Positions 1 to 10,052 of a stretch of 64,000 bases of DNA are shown one piece after another. The stretch comes from a virus. Lineage: Duplodnaviria; Caudoviricetes. Made by a program: the position numbers and the translations under genes. The notes below the pieces were generated by a model. It ran no database searches. It was given only the letters and a program-made list of their open reading frames with translations, and was not told the origin of the DNA. Every line of letters begins with the position of its first letter. Position 1 is the first letter of the stretch. The stretch lies in IMG/VR virus record IMGVR_UViG_3300033121_002154, positions 28,908 through 92,907 of that record; one strand, written 5' to 3'.

Positions 1-165
1 TATGCTGGTAGAACTGCTGAAGAAATTAAATTATTTGAAATTACTCTTAAAAGAGGATTTTTTAATCTTGAAAAAGCTATTAAATATAGGAATTTACTAA
101 ATACAAAATATTTAAATGCTGAGTTTTTTGTTGTTGATAATTTAACAAATCAAACGATAGAATAA
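1..165 (+). CDS. 3' end of hypothetical protein (partial)
   Basis: Frame 1 open from window edge (YAGRTAEEIKLF...NQTIE) to TAA at 163-165. Confidence 0.6.
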   Translation, partial: YAGRTAEEIKLFEITLKRGFFNLEKAIKYRNLLNTKYLNAEFFVVDNLTNQTIE

Positions 166-168
166 AAT

Positions 169-1215
169 TTGAAAATTATTGGAAACCTACCTAATGTTGG
201 TAAATATCAAGTGGCTTATTTTGATAAAAACACTGATACTTTGATTACTTATAAAGGTACACATGCTGATCAAAATTTATTAAAAATTTTAAAAGATAAT
301 TCAATTTCTCGAGAATATTTTAATAAAGGTTTTATTGATCATTCTATTCAAGGTGGGTTTACGGATAATAAAGGAAAATTTTTTACTAATTCGGATAATA
401 CAAATTTGAAAAGAGAATCAAAAATAATCAAAGAAAGTCCTGATAAAATTTATAATACTGGTGCATTTTTAGTTGGTGCTTTTTCTCAGTCTAATTATTC
501 ATTTGGATATTTCCAAAATAAATTATTAATAGAAAAAGATTTAGTTCATTATCGAATATTTTATAAATATCTTACATCAAATTTAAAAAGCAATAAATTA
601 GATTTAATGAAAGCAAATCAATCATTTAATGTAAATGAGTATATTATAAATAAAAATGATTATTTTTTAATTGACAAAATTAAAACATTTATTTTAATTT
701 TTAATAATTTATCAAATAAATTTGATAAAAAAATAGAATTATCTGAGAAAAAAGGTTATGAAGTTTTTAAAAGCAGTACTGAAGTACCTAAAAGAATAAT
801 ATTCAAATTTTGTGGTAGATTTTGGCCAAAAGCAAAAGTAATTAGTTTTTGGATAAATCCAACAAAAACTGAATTAAAAAAATTAATTTTAGATATAAAA
901 AGAAAAGTTAATATAGAAATAACTGATGATTGGTTATTTGAATATGAAGAAGATAAATTAATTAAGCTTGGTGATTATCTTGGTCATGTAAGAAAAAATA
1001 CTGATATAGAAAAACAGCATACTGTTTCACCAATATTTAAAACAAAAAGAGATATTGAGGGGTTTGGTTCTGATAAATATAATAAACTTGCTAAAACAAT
1101 GAATTATGATAATACTGCTCAAATGAATTATTATCATAAAAATCAGTATTATAAATTTGAAGAAAAGAAATTAAAAAATTTTATTACAAAAATAATTATT
1201 GAATGTAAATTATGA
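169..1215 (+). CDS. hypothetical protein, probable virion protein
   Basis: 348 aa ORF; internal IIKE and C-terminal KLKNFITKIIIE motif resembling the leader of neighbouring genes. Confidence 0.6.
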   Translation: MKIIGNLPNVGKYQVAYFDKNTDTLITYKGTHADQNLLKILKDNSISREYFNKGFIDHSIQGGFTDNKGKFFTNSDNTNLKRESKIIKESPDKIYNTGAFLVGAFSQSNYSFGYFQNKLLIEKDLVHYRIFYKYLTSNLKSNKLDLMKANQSFNVNEYIINKNDYFLIDKIKTFILIFNNLSNKFDKKIELSEKKGYEVFKSSTEVPKRIIFKFCGRFWPKAKVISFWINPTKTELKKLILDIKRKVNIEITDDWLFEYEEDKLIKLGDYLGHVRKNTDIEKQHTVSPIFKTKRDIEGFGSDKYNKLAKTMNYDNTAQMNYYHKNQYYKFEEKKLKNFITKIIIECKL

Positions 1216-2204
1216 AATTAACTAAAATTATAAATGAATCAAATTTAATTAATATTCCAAGACAAATGCTTGGTGGAACTTTTGCATTTATTAAAGCCAG
1301 ATTTTTGACAATTTCTTATAAATATTCTATTGAATATCAAAAAGCTATTAATATAGAATATAAAAGAAAATCAAATTATGGAATTAAACAGATAAATCAA
1401 GAATTTAAAAAATTAGGTTTATTAACTTTAGAAAATAATAATGCAAAAGAATTTGAATTTTCTCATATGATATTTCCATTAAATTATCAAAAAAGATTAG
1501 AAAATATTAGCCCTTTAAAGTTACTTGTTATAACTTTTACAAAACTTTCACCAAAAGGGTATTATGTAAATGATAATATTGGTATTAAAATTGATCAAGT
1601 AATAAGAATAACTGTAGATAAAAATAAACATATTATGAGAAATCTTACTTATAGAGAATTTAATTTAAAAAAGACACATCAATATTCAATAAGTTTTTTT
1701 GAAAGAGATGCATTTACTTATTTAAAATCATTAAGTGAAACTCTTGAACATGAACTTACACATTTTATTGACTATAAATTAAGAAAAGCACAAAAAATTA
1801 GTAATATTGAAAAAGTTAGTGTTGACGCTAAAGATTTTATGGATTTTAATGTTGAAAAATATTTTCAATCAAAAACTGAATACAAAACTCAATTATTAAC
1901 ATCTTATAGAGGATTGATAAAATATTATGCTCATTATAAGATAACATATGAAAATTTATTTTCAGCATTTCAAGGTTTTCAGAATTCTATTATTTTACCA
2001 CATTGGAGTATATATTTAATATATAATGCCATATATCCACAGAAAATTGAAAAGATTTTAAAAACTATCTTAAATACTTTTTATAAGACCGGGAGATTAT
2101 TAAGAGATAATAAGAAAGAAAAAATTTACATGAAAAAATATATTAAAATTTTATTATCATATAATAAATTACTTAAAAAACAGAGAAATGACAAAACAAC
2201 TTAA
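1212..2204 (+). CDS. putative zincin metallopeptidase with N-terminal leader
   Basis: HELTH (HEXXH) followed by Y..S.TE; N-term MKLTKIINE. Confidence 0.6.
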   Translation: MKLTKIINESNLINIPRQMLGGTFAFIKARFLTISYKYSIEYQKAINIEYKRKSNYGIKQINQEFKKLGLLTLENNNAKEFEFSHMIFPLNYQKRLENISPLKLLVITFTKLSPKGYYVNDNIGIKIDQVIRITVDKNKHIMRNLTYREFNLKKTHQYSISFFERDAFTYLKSLSETLEHELTHFIDYKLRKAQKISNIEKVSVDAKDFMDFNVEKYFQSKTEYKTQLLTSYRGLIKYYAHYKITYENLFSAFQGFQNSIILPHWSIYLIYNAIYPQKIEKILKTILNTFYKTGRLLRDNKKEKIYMKKYIKILLSYNKLLKKQRNDKTT

Positions 2205-3384
2205 AAAATATATATTAGAAATTATCAATGAACAGTTTAATGAAAAAAGAATAATAAGTTCAACAGAAATTGCATATTTAAATAATTTCATTGATATAAT
2301 GAAAAGAATTTATGAATTAACTAAATCTTCTGATTTAAATGATTATAATCAATTTTTAATTTTTATTCAAAAAAATGTTCAAGCTTATCCATTTCTAAAC
2401 AAGGTAAAAAATATAATTAGTGATATTAAAAGAAAAGTTGCAAATTCTAAAACAGCTTCATCTAATTTAGATAAAAACGCAGAAATAATTATGAATTATC
2501 AGAGACAACTGGATTCATTTTTTGATAATTTAAAAAACAATAATTTAAGTCAATTAAATTCAGCATATGTAATAGCTCAAAAAATAAATCAAGTATTTAG
2601 TAAAGCAAAAATTGGAATGAGATATACTGACTTTGGTGAATATTCTAAATCAATTAAAGATATTTTTCAAATGAGCTCGATGGCAAATGCATTCTTTAGC
2701 GGTGGTAAAATTTCTCAATATATTGACGGATTTGATAAAAAAGATTGGGAAAATTTAATCAATTTAAAAATAAAATCCGGGAAAACAAATTTATCACAAC
2801 TTAAAAAATCAAGTGATTATACATATTACATTTATTTTATAAATTCATTAGATAAAGAAATTGAAGATTCTGAGATAGAAAGACAAATTAAGTTTAATTT
2901 TGAAGATGATCCACAATACAAAAATTTAGATAAATTAGTTAATGATTATCAACATTCAAATAATAAAAAATTAATTCCTGAAATATTAAAAGAAATGAAT
3001 AAATTTCCTCAATTAATTAAATATCATGAAAAACTAAAGAAACAACATACAGAATTATATAGAGGAATTCCTGTGAATGTTGATGAAAATGGTGTAAAAG
3101 AATATTCAATAGAACAAATAAAAAAGAAAGAAAAATCTCAACAATTTATTGCTACATCTAATTCTGATTATTCCGCTAAAAACTTTGCAAAATCAAAAGG
3201 GCATTTAGAATCTGTTGGCAGAACATCCGGATATCTTTTAACATATAATGTTACAAATCCAAAAGCTGTTGTATTAGATTTTAAAATTTTTGGTAGTTTA
3301 TTTTATGAAAATGAAATTTTAATTAATCCAAAATATGCAGTTCTTACAAACTATGAATATATTGATAAAGGGTATGAAGAATGA
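2188..3384 (+). CDS. putative R-S-E ADP-ribosyltransferase (Alt/ModA-like C-terminal domain)
   Basis: LYRG...ATSNS..SAKNFA...YENEILI motifs; N-term MTKQLKKYILEIINE. Confidence 0.65.
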   Translation: MTKQLKKYILEIINEQFNEKRIISSTEIAYLNNFIDIMKRIYELTKSSDLNDYNQFLIFIQKNVQAYPFLNKVKNIISDIKRKVANSKTASSNLDKNAEIIMNYQRQLDSFFDNLKNNNLSQLNSAYVIAQKINQVFSKAKIGMRYTDFGEYSKSIKDIFQMSSMANAFFSGGKISQYIDGFDKKDWENLINLKIKSGKTNLSQLKKSSDYTYYIYFINSLDKEIEDSEIERQIKFNFEDDPQYKNLDKLVNDYQHSNNKKLIPEILKEMNKFPQLIKYHEKLKKQHTELYRGIPVNVDENGVKEYSIEQIKKKEKSQQFIATSNSDYSAKNFAKSKGHLESVGRTSGYLLTYNVTNPKAVVLDFKIFGSLFYENEILINPKYAVLTNYEYIDKGYEE

Positions 3385-3709
3385 AAAATGAATTATATTT
3401 TTCCAGCAGAGCAATAAAAATTTACTCTGATGAACCTAATGAATATAGTATTAATAATTTTGATTTAAGAACTTTGATTATTGATAACAGTAATAATAGA
3501 AAAAAATGTATAGTAGAACTTGCAGAATTACAAAAAGAATTACAAAAAGAATTTAATAAAGTTTCTGAAATTTTTTCAAGTTATACAAAAACACTTGTTT
3601 CAAAATATGAAGTAGAAGCTGATAAAATTTTAAAAAAATATGAGTAAACAATCATTACAAGTTATGAATATATTGATAAAGGGTATGAAGAATGAAAAAT
3701 GAATTATAT
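3352..3709 (+). repeat. 47-bp exact direct repeat (3352-3398 and 3663-3709)
   Basis: tatgaatatattgataaagggtatgaagaatgaaaaatgaattatat occurs twice; a second 22-bp repeat at 3630-3651 and 3962-3983. Confidence 0.95.
3381..3647 (+). CDS. small helical protein, paralog of 3692-3979
   Basis: Shared MKNELY...KV.EIF..Y.KT...KILKKYE. Confidence 0.75.
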   Translation: MKNELYFSSRAIKIYSDEPNEYSINNFDLRTLIIDNSNNRKKCIVELAELQKELQKEFNKVSEIFSSYTKTLVSKYEVEADKILKKYE

Positions 3710-3979
3710 ATTTTTAATGGAATAATAAAATTTTATTTAGATGATGATAGCAGAGATAGCTATTTTGTTGGTTCATATGACAGTGATGATTTTCAAAAAA
3801 AAATCTGGAAAGAAATAAAAACTAATAATAAAGAAAAGGCTCTTTCTGAATATGACAGTTTGAAAAGCAGTTTACATAAAGAATATAGTAAAGTTGCAGA
3901 AATTTTTGCAAATTATATTAAAACAATTGTTATAAAGCATGATGTTGAAGGAAATAAAATCTTAAAAAAATATGAGTAA
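3692..3979 (+). CDS. small helical protein, paralog of 3381-3647
   Basis: Shared termini and C-terminal helix pattern. Confidence 0.75.
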   Translation: MKNELYIFNGIIKFYLDDDSRDSYFVGSYDSDDFQKKIWKEIKTNNKEKALSEYDSLKSSLHKEYSKVAEIFANYIKTIVIKHDVEGNKILKKYE

Positions 3980-4238
3980 ACAAACATTTGACGGATTAAT
4001 TATCAATGGGAGGTCTGATATAAAACTTGATTTTATTGATAAAAATATTAGAAATGTAATAAGAACAAGAAAATATAACATTTTAGATAATGATAGAAGA
4101 CATAAAATTGATGAAGAAATTTATAATATTGAAATCGAACTTGATAAAAAACTTCAAAAAATAGATTTTATATATGAATCTTATATTAAAACACTTTTTT
4201 CAGAATATAAATTAAGAATTGAACAAGCATTTAAATAA
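3972..4238 (+). CDS. small helical protein, paralog of 4259-4528
   Basis: F..LI.N.R.D...DF.D...E.Y.I...L..KL.K..FIY.S.IK.L..EYK. Confidence 0.75.
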   Translation: MSKQTFDGLIINGRSDIKLDFIDKNIRNVIRTRKYNILDNDRRHKIDEEIYNIEIELDKKLQKIDFIYESYIKTLFSEYKLRIEQAFK

Positions 4239-4258
4239 TAAATTTAAAAAATAAAAAT

Positions 4259-4528
4259 ATGAATGGAGCACAATTTAGAAGTTTAATAGTTAATAGAAGA
4301 CCAGATATGGATTTTGATTTTGTAGATACAAATTTAATAGATTCAATGCATGAAATGACTTGGGATATTGATGATAAAGTTAAAAAAGAAAAAATTCAAA
4401 ATGAATTATATGAAATTCAAAAGCAACTTTCAAATAAACTTGAAAAAGTAAATTTTATTTATCAGTCTTTTATAAAAGCATTAATTACTGAATATAAACA
4501 AAAGGGTGAAAAAGCTTTAAAACAATGA
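4259..4528 (+). CDS. small helical protein, paralog of 3972-4238
   Basis: Same pattern as 3972-4238. Confidence 0.75.
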   Translation: MNGAQFRSLIVNRRPDMDFDFVDTNLIDSMHEMTWDIDDKVKKEKIQNELYEIQKQLSNKLEKVNFIYQSFIKALITEYKQKGEKALKQ

Positions 4529-5985
4529 AAAAATTGAAAAAACTTCTTGATATAATTAATGAAAATAATGCAAAAAATGCTTATAATTTAATAAAAAATA
4601 TTATTAAAAATACTAAGTGGGATAATAGAATTTTTGCAGCAGGCGGATATGTTAGAGATGAACTTTTAAAAAATACATCAAAAGATTTAGATATTGTTGT
4701 AAATGCAGATAATGGCGGAATTGAATTTGCAGAATGGTTAGCAAAAAAACTTAAAATATATAAGGCAAATTCAAATCCAGTAGTCTTCAAAAATTTTGGA
4801 ACAGCTAAATTATCACTTAAAGGTATAAAATATAATGGTTATGATTTATCAGATTTTGAAGTAGAATTTGTTATGCCAAGAGGAGAAAAATATACGATTG
4901 GTTCAAGAAAACCAGAAGTTTATAAGAGTGATTTAAAACAAGATGCTTTACGAAGAGATTTAACTGTAAATTCTCTTTTTAAAAATTTGACAAATGATGA
5001 AATATTAGATTTAACAGGAAAAGGAATAACTGATTTAAAATTCGGTATAGCAAGAACTCCATTAAATAATCCCGATGAGACATTCAAAGACGACCCACTT
5101 AGGATGCTTAGGTTAATAAGATTTTCTTGTAAATACGGCTGGAAATTACCAAGATTTATGTTATTGGCTTTAAAGAAAAATGCACAAATGATTCAGCATA
5201 TTAGTAAAGAAAGAGTTAGAGATGAATTTGATAAAATTTTAATTTCACCCAATCCAGATAAAGGAATTAGATTGATTCAGTGGACGGGATTAAGTAAATG
5301 GATATTACCAGAATGGGATTCGTTAGTAGGATTAACTCAAAATAAATATCATAATCAAACTGTTGATAGACATATTTTAAGTGTTGTAAAAAATGTTCCA
5401 AGTCATTTAATAGCAAGATTAATTGCTGCATTTCATGATATTGGAAAAGCAGACACAAAAAGTGTTATTGATGGAGAAGTTCATTTTTATTTACATGAAG
5501 ACATTGGTGCTGATATTGCAGAAAAAATTATGAAAAGATTAAAATATCCTATTGATATAATTAATGCAGTCAAATTAGGAATTAAAAATCATATGAGATT
5601 AAAAGGCTCAGGAAATGAAGGTGAGATAATTTCTGATAAAGCTTTAAGAAAATTAAAATTTGAATTGGGAGAACATCTTGAAAATATTCTTGATGTCATG
5701 CATGCTGATAATATTTCTCATTCAGATGAACATAGTATGCCAAATCAGATTCCGGGTATAAGAAAAAGATTATCATCATTAAGTGATATACCAAAAAATC
5801 AGCATATTAAATTACCAGTGTCTGGAAATGATTTAATTATTATTTTTGGAGTAAGACCTGGGCCAATTATGAAAGAAATTTTGAAAGCAGTTGAAGATGA
5901 ATTCTTTAACAATCCAGATATGACAAGAGAAGAAGCATTACAAATAGTAAAAAATTTCATAGATGAATATAAATTTAAAAAATGA
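4525..5985 (+). CDS. cca: class II tRNA nucleotidyltransferase (CCA-adding enzyme) with HD domain
   Basis: GGYVRD..DLD, RRDLTVN, DDPLRMLR, SKERVRDE and HDIGK motifs; N-term MKKLKKLLDIINE. Confidence 0.92.
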   Translation: MKKLKKLLDIINENNAKNAYNLIKNIIKNTKWDNRIFAAGGYVRDELLKNTSKDLDIVVNADNGGIEFAEWLAKKLKIYKANSNPVVFKNFGTAKLSLKGIKYNGYDLSDFEVEFVMPRGEKYTIGSRKPEVYKSDLKQDALRRDLTVNSLFKNLTNDEILDLTGKGITDLKFGIARTPLNNPDETFKDDPLRMLRLIRFSCKYGWKLPRFMLLALKKNAQMIQHISKERVRDEFDKILISPNPDKGIRLIQWTGLSKWILPEWDSLVGLTQNKYHNQTVDRHILSVVKNVPSHLIARLIAAFHDIGKADTKSVIDGEVHFYLHEDIGADIAEKIMKRLKYPIDIINAVKLGIKNHMRLKGSGNEGEIISDKALRKLKFELGEHLENILDVMHADNISHSDEHSMPNQIPGIRKRLSSLSDIPKNQHIKLPVSGNDLIIIFGVRPGPIMKEILKAVEDEFFNNPDMTREEALQIVKNFIDEYKFKK

Positions 5986-6833
5986 AAAACTTAAAAAATT
6001 TAATTAAAGAATCATTTGCATTTTATGGTTCTTCAGAAAATCAAAAAAGTGCAATTAGAACCATTGAATCATGGCTTAAAAGAATAAATATGAAAATTAT
6101 AGGAGCATCACAATTTGGTGAACATGGAACAGTATCACTTGATTTAACAAAAAAGTATTCAGGAGAAATTTATGTTGGTGAAAATGGTTTTGGAGATAGC
6201 AAAGCCGATAGATCTTTCAAGGGTGGATATGGTCGTTTCGGGGGAAGCGTAGAAGTAAACGGAATCCCTATTCCAAATGAAAAAAGTTTTAATGAATTTA
6301 AAAAAGCTATTTTGGAATCTTTAGTAATTCAAAATGAATACAAAAAAATGAAATCATTATCATTAATACAAATATTAGAAACATATTATCATGGTCGAAG
6401 AGGAAAAATTATATTTGATGAAGATAAACCCATGTTTTTTGCCAAAGATAAAGAAACAGCTGATTGGTATTCTGATGCTCGGGGAAAAGGAGAATCAAAT
6501 ATTCTTGAAACTGATTTAGATATTAAAAAACCTTTTAAATTATACTCGAAGAAAGATGCCTTTAAATTTATAGAAATAATTAAAAGGGCAGGATTTGATA
6601 TAGTCATTGACTATAAAAAAGTAGGATGGGATATACCACAAAAATATACTCAACCTGTTAGAGATCATTCACCTTATGATGGAGAAAATTTAATTGATTG
6701 GATATATGTTCCTAAAGTAAAAGATCAATTAAAAAAAGAAGGATATGATGGGATATTAGCATATGATATTCTTGGAAATAAAGAAATTGAAATTGCCATT
6801 CCATTTTTTAAAAGACAAATAAAAAATTTATAA
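5982..6833 (+). CDS. two-module protein; C-terminal ART-PolyVal-like domain
   Basis: N-term MKNLKNLIKE; internal second leader MKSLSLIQILE followed by YYHG...FFA.DKE.A..Y...GYDGI. Confidence 0.55.
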   Translation: MKNLKNLIKESFAFYGSSENQKSAIRTIESWLKRINMKIIGASQFGEHGTVSLDLTKKYSGEIYVGENGFGDSKADRSFKGGYGRFGGSVEVNGIPIPNEKSFNEFKKAILESLVIQNEYKKMKSLSLIQILETYYHGRRGKIIFDEDKPMFFAKDKETADWYSDARGKGESNILETDLDIKKPFKLYSKKDAFKFIEIIKRAGFDIVIDYKKVGWDIPQKYTQPVRDHSPYDGENLIDWIYVPKVKDQLKKEGYDGILAYDILGNKEIEIAIPFFKRQIKNL

Positions 6834-6835
6834 AA

Positions 6836-7483
6836 ATGAAATTAAACATTATAATTGAGAATATTAATAAGCATAATTTATTTTTAGACATTATTTTAAA
6901 AAAAGCTAATGATTCTGGAATTAATATTAATAGTGCTAAATTAATATCAAAATCAAATAAAACATTTTCATTGGAGATTATTATCAGGAGAGAAATTGAT
7001 GCCAAACCTAATGAATTAAATAAAATTGAATTATTTAAAAAGTGGTTTTATGCACTTCTTAATAAAAACAAATATTTTATAGAAGATAATAATGAGTGGC
7101 TTACTGATACTGGTTTTCATGATGATTTATTTAGATTTGAAAAAAATAATGATGTTGCAATAAAAAAATTACCAAAATTTATTTATCATTTTACAACAGA
7201 AGAAAATTTAAAATCAATTCTTACTCATGGCTTAATTCCAAAAGCAAATAATAAAATTGAAAATCATCCGAAAAGAATTTTTTGTTTAACAACAAAAAAT
7301 AAAAAGTGGACATTTGAACAAAGTCTTTTATATCATTCTAAAACAAACTTCAATCATTTACGATTAATAAAAATTGATACATCAAAAATTAATAATAAAT
7401 TTTATTTAGACAATGATACAGTCGATGGAATATACACAAATACAAAAATTAATCCTATTGCATTGACATTAGCACATTTATAA
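6836..7483 (+). CDS. ART-fold (Tpt1/DUF952-like) protein
   Basis: IYHFT..ENLKSIL..GLIP...RIF...LIKID...Y...I.P. Confidence 0.55.
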   Translation: MKLNIIIENINKHNLFLDIILKKANDSGININSAKLISKSNKTFSLEIIIRREIDAKPNELNKIELFKKWFYALLNKNKYFIEDNNEWLTDTGFHDDLFRFEKNNDVAIKKLPKFIYHFTTEENLKSILTHGLIPKANNKIENHPKRIFCLTTKNKKWTFEQSLLYHSKTNFNHLRLIKIDTSKINNKFYLDNDTVDGIYTNTKINPIALTLAHL

Positions 7484-7496
7484 AAAGTTTTATAAA

Positions 7497-7916
7497 ATGA
7501 AATTAATCAAAATTCTTGAAAATTTAGATATTAGAGCTTATCCAAAGAAATTATATCACATTACTTTTGTAAATAATTGGAATAATGGAATTTTATGGGA
7601 TGGTTTAATTCCTCAGAAAACTACTAGAACAATTCATGATAAAAAACCAAAAATTTATTTTATTGACACTGATTTTAGTTGGCAATATTTAGCAGATGAT
7701 TTGGCGAAATATAATAAAGAAGATTATGCTTTATTATTAAAAGTTAATTTAAATAGTTTACCAAAAAATATTAAATTTTATGAAGATGAAGATTCAAATG
7801 GATATTATACTTATTCAAAAATTCCTAAGTCTGCAATATCTCATGTAGGTTCTTATAAAATTAATAGAGAATTTGATATCAATCCTTTTAATGGGAAAAA
7901 AACTTATTATAAATGA
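7497..7916 (+). CDS. ART-fold (Tpt1/DUF952-like) protein
   Basis: LYHIT...GL.P...KIYF...LLKV...YYT...IP..AI; N-term MKLIKILE. Confidence 0.55.
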   Translation: MKLIKILENLDIRAYPKKLYHITFVNNWNNGILWDGLIPQKTTRTIHDKKPKIYFIDTDFSWQYLADDLAKYNKEDYALLLKVNLNSLPKNIKFYEDEDSNGYYTYSKIPKSAISHVGSYKINREFDINPFNGKKTYYK

Positions 7917-8752
7917 ACATAAAAAAATTACGAAATACTGTATTAAAAAGAAATCATATATACATAAAGTCAAAAATTCCACTAAATATTAGTAAGCTTA
8001 AAAATATAGCATCTGATGGATTTGTCGGTAATAAAAAATATTTTGAATTATTTTCTACAAGTTTTAAATACAATAAAATTTTTATGATGCCTTATGATGA
8101 TGTATTTAAATTTGATGCACATGATAATTATGATAATTATTTATATGAAATTATACTTAAATCTGAAAAAGTAAAACAAGATTTAATAAGTCGTAATGAA
8201 AATGGAGAACCTGAAATTATATTATATTTTTCAGATATTGCACATTTATCATTAGTTATTAGTGAAAAACAATTTGATAGATACAACAAAAAAAAATACA
8301 ATAAAATTATAAATGATAAAATTTCTAGTGAACTTTTTCAAGTTCTGAAATCATATATGATGGGATATGGGGAAATGGAAAAGGAATATTATAATTCTTT
8401 TCAAAAATTTAAATTAAATCGTAAATTAATTTTATTTAGAGGATTATCAATAGATATATATCATAAAAATTTTAAAAATTTTAAAAAAAATAAAATTATT
8501 AATTTAAATCTTTTACACTCGTCAAGCTGGACTACCAATCTTGTGGTTGCAAATGACTTTGCAGTAACAATGAGTGATAGATGTATCGGGATGATTATCA
8601 CAGCGACAATCTTTCCAAAAGATATTATAATTGATACAAGATTATTGCCCTCAGAAACATTAGATTCTTTATACACAGGAAATCAAAGAGAAATTATTGT
8701 AAAACCAGGAAAATACAAAGGGAGAATTGTCTCAATAAATGAAAATTTATAA
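7913..8752 (+). CDS. putative R-S-E ADP-ribosyltransferase
   Basis: LFRGL...SSWTT...VANDFA...QREIIV. Confidence 0.65.
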   Translation: MNIKKLRNTVLKRNHIYIKSKIPLNISKLKNIASDGFVGNKKYFELFSTSFKYNKIFMMPYDDVFKFDAHDNYDNYLYEIILKSEKVKQDLISRNENGEPEIILYFSDIAHLSLVISEKQFDRYNKKKYNKIINDKISSELFQVLKSYMMGYGEMEKEYYNSFQKFKLNRKLILFRGLSIDIYHKNFKNFKKNKIINLNLLHSSSWTTNLVVANDFAVTMSDRCIGMIITATIFPKDIIIDTRLLPSETLDSLYTGNQREIIVKPGKYKGRIVSINENL

Positions 8753-9578
8753 ATCATTATATCACATATTAGATTATGATAGTTTAGTATATGCATTGAA
8801 ATGTAATTGCTTAAGGGGTAATCATTATGCCGGTCAGGTTTCATTGACAAAATCTAAAGATTTGAACTATTATATTGGCGCAAGATCTGGTTCATTTATT
8901 AAACTTGAATTAGATGGCGTTTTGCTTGCAAAAGATTATGATTTAAAAAATTTTACATTTGTATCACATACAGGTATAAGATTTAGCGGGGAAAAAGAAG
9001 TTTTAATACAAGGTGAATTAAAAAATTTATCAAAATATTTAAAAAGAATAATTTTAATAAAAAGTGAAATTGAATCATTAAAAAATACAAATTGGTTTAC
9101 TATCAAGGGTGTTAGAAATGGTGTTGGCCAAAGAAGTCTACCAAGTATAGTTAATTCTATATACAAAAAATTTAAAAATATTTTATATGTTCAAGATGAT
9201 TCTGAAATTAAAAAAGATAATATTTATATAAAAAACTTAATCAATTATTCATTGAAGTCTGTATTTGATGGATATGCAATTTATTATCGTGGTTTTGAAA
9301 GAAAATATTCAGATAATTGGCATGGAATTATTAATAAAGAAATATGTTTACCAAATGATATAGCAAATCCGATTATAAATCAACTTGTTATTGGTTATGA
9401 CTATGAAAATTTGAAATTATATAAAAATTTAGATGATTTAAATAAAAATATCAAATTAAAGAAAAATTTTAAAATATACTATTTTAAGTTTGAATATGAA
9501 TCAAAAGATATAAAAAAAGATTTTAAGAAATTTTGTTTAATTACTTCTGCAAGATTAATTGATATAGATTTATTATAA
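8739..9578 (+). CDS. possible ART-fold protein
   Basis: LYH...L...L...VSLTKS...IKLELDG..L...EKE. Confidence 0.4.
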   Translation: MKIYKSLYHILDYDSLVYALKCNCLRGNHYAGQVSLTKSKDLNYYIGARSGSFIKLELDGVLLAKDYDLKNFTFVSHTGIRFSGEKEVLIQGELKNLSKYLKRIILIKSEIESLKNTNWFTIKGVRNGVGQRSLPSIVNSIYKKFKNILYVQDDSEIKKDNIYIKNLINYSLKSVFDGYAIYYRGFERKYSDNWHGIINKEICLPNDIANPIINQLVIGYDYENLKLYKNLDDLNKNIKLKKNFKIYYFKFEYESKDIKKDFKKFCLITSARLIDIDLL

Positions 9579-9613
9579 AAAATTAGATTTTATTAAAATA
9601 AAAAAATAAAAAA

Positions 9614-10051
9614 ATGAAATTAAATCAATTAAAACTTTTAATTAAAAAAGTGATAAAAGAATCAAAAGCTTCTGATGAAGCTCATAAAAAGGGATTGGAA
9701 AGTGCTGGTTTTGGACATTGGAAAGACAAAAGTGGTAAGATAGTTGCCACAACTTCGGATGATAAACTTGTTTTTAATAAAAATAAAGATGATAAAAAAG
9801 AAAAAAGTGAACAAAAAAATGATGAGGATTTATTTAAAGTTGATAAAGAAGATAGATTATATAATGAAGATTTAGATGATAATGGTAATGAAATTTTAAA
9901 TTATGCTTCAAAAAAATATCCAAAAGTTGACACAAATATTTTAAAAAAGAGAGTTGAAAGAATGATGAATGATGATTATTATATTGATGATGATACTGGT
10001 TTTGTAGACAGAAAAAAGTTTAAAAATCGTTTAAATACTATATTTAAATAA
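9614..10051 (+). CDS. probable internal head protein
   Basis: N-term MKLNQLKLLIKKVIKE, then ASDEA.KKGL...GFG.W.D..G..VA motif recalled from T4-like phage proteins. Confidence 0.5.
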   Translation: MKLNQLKLLIKKVIKESKASDEAHKKGLESAGFGHWKDKSGKIVATTSDDKLVFNKNKDDKKEKSEQKNDEDLFKVDKEDRLYNEDLDDNGNEILNYASKKYPKVDTNILKKRVERMMNDDYYIDDDTGFVDRKKFKNRLNTIFK

Positions 10052-10052
10052 A

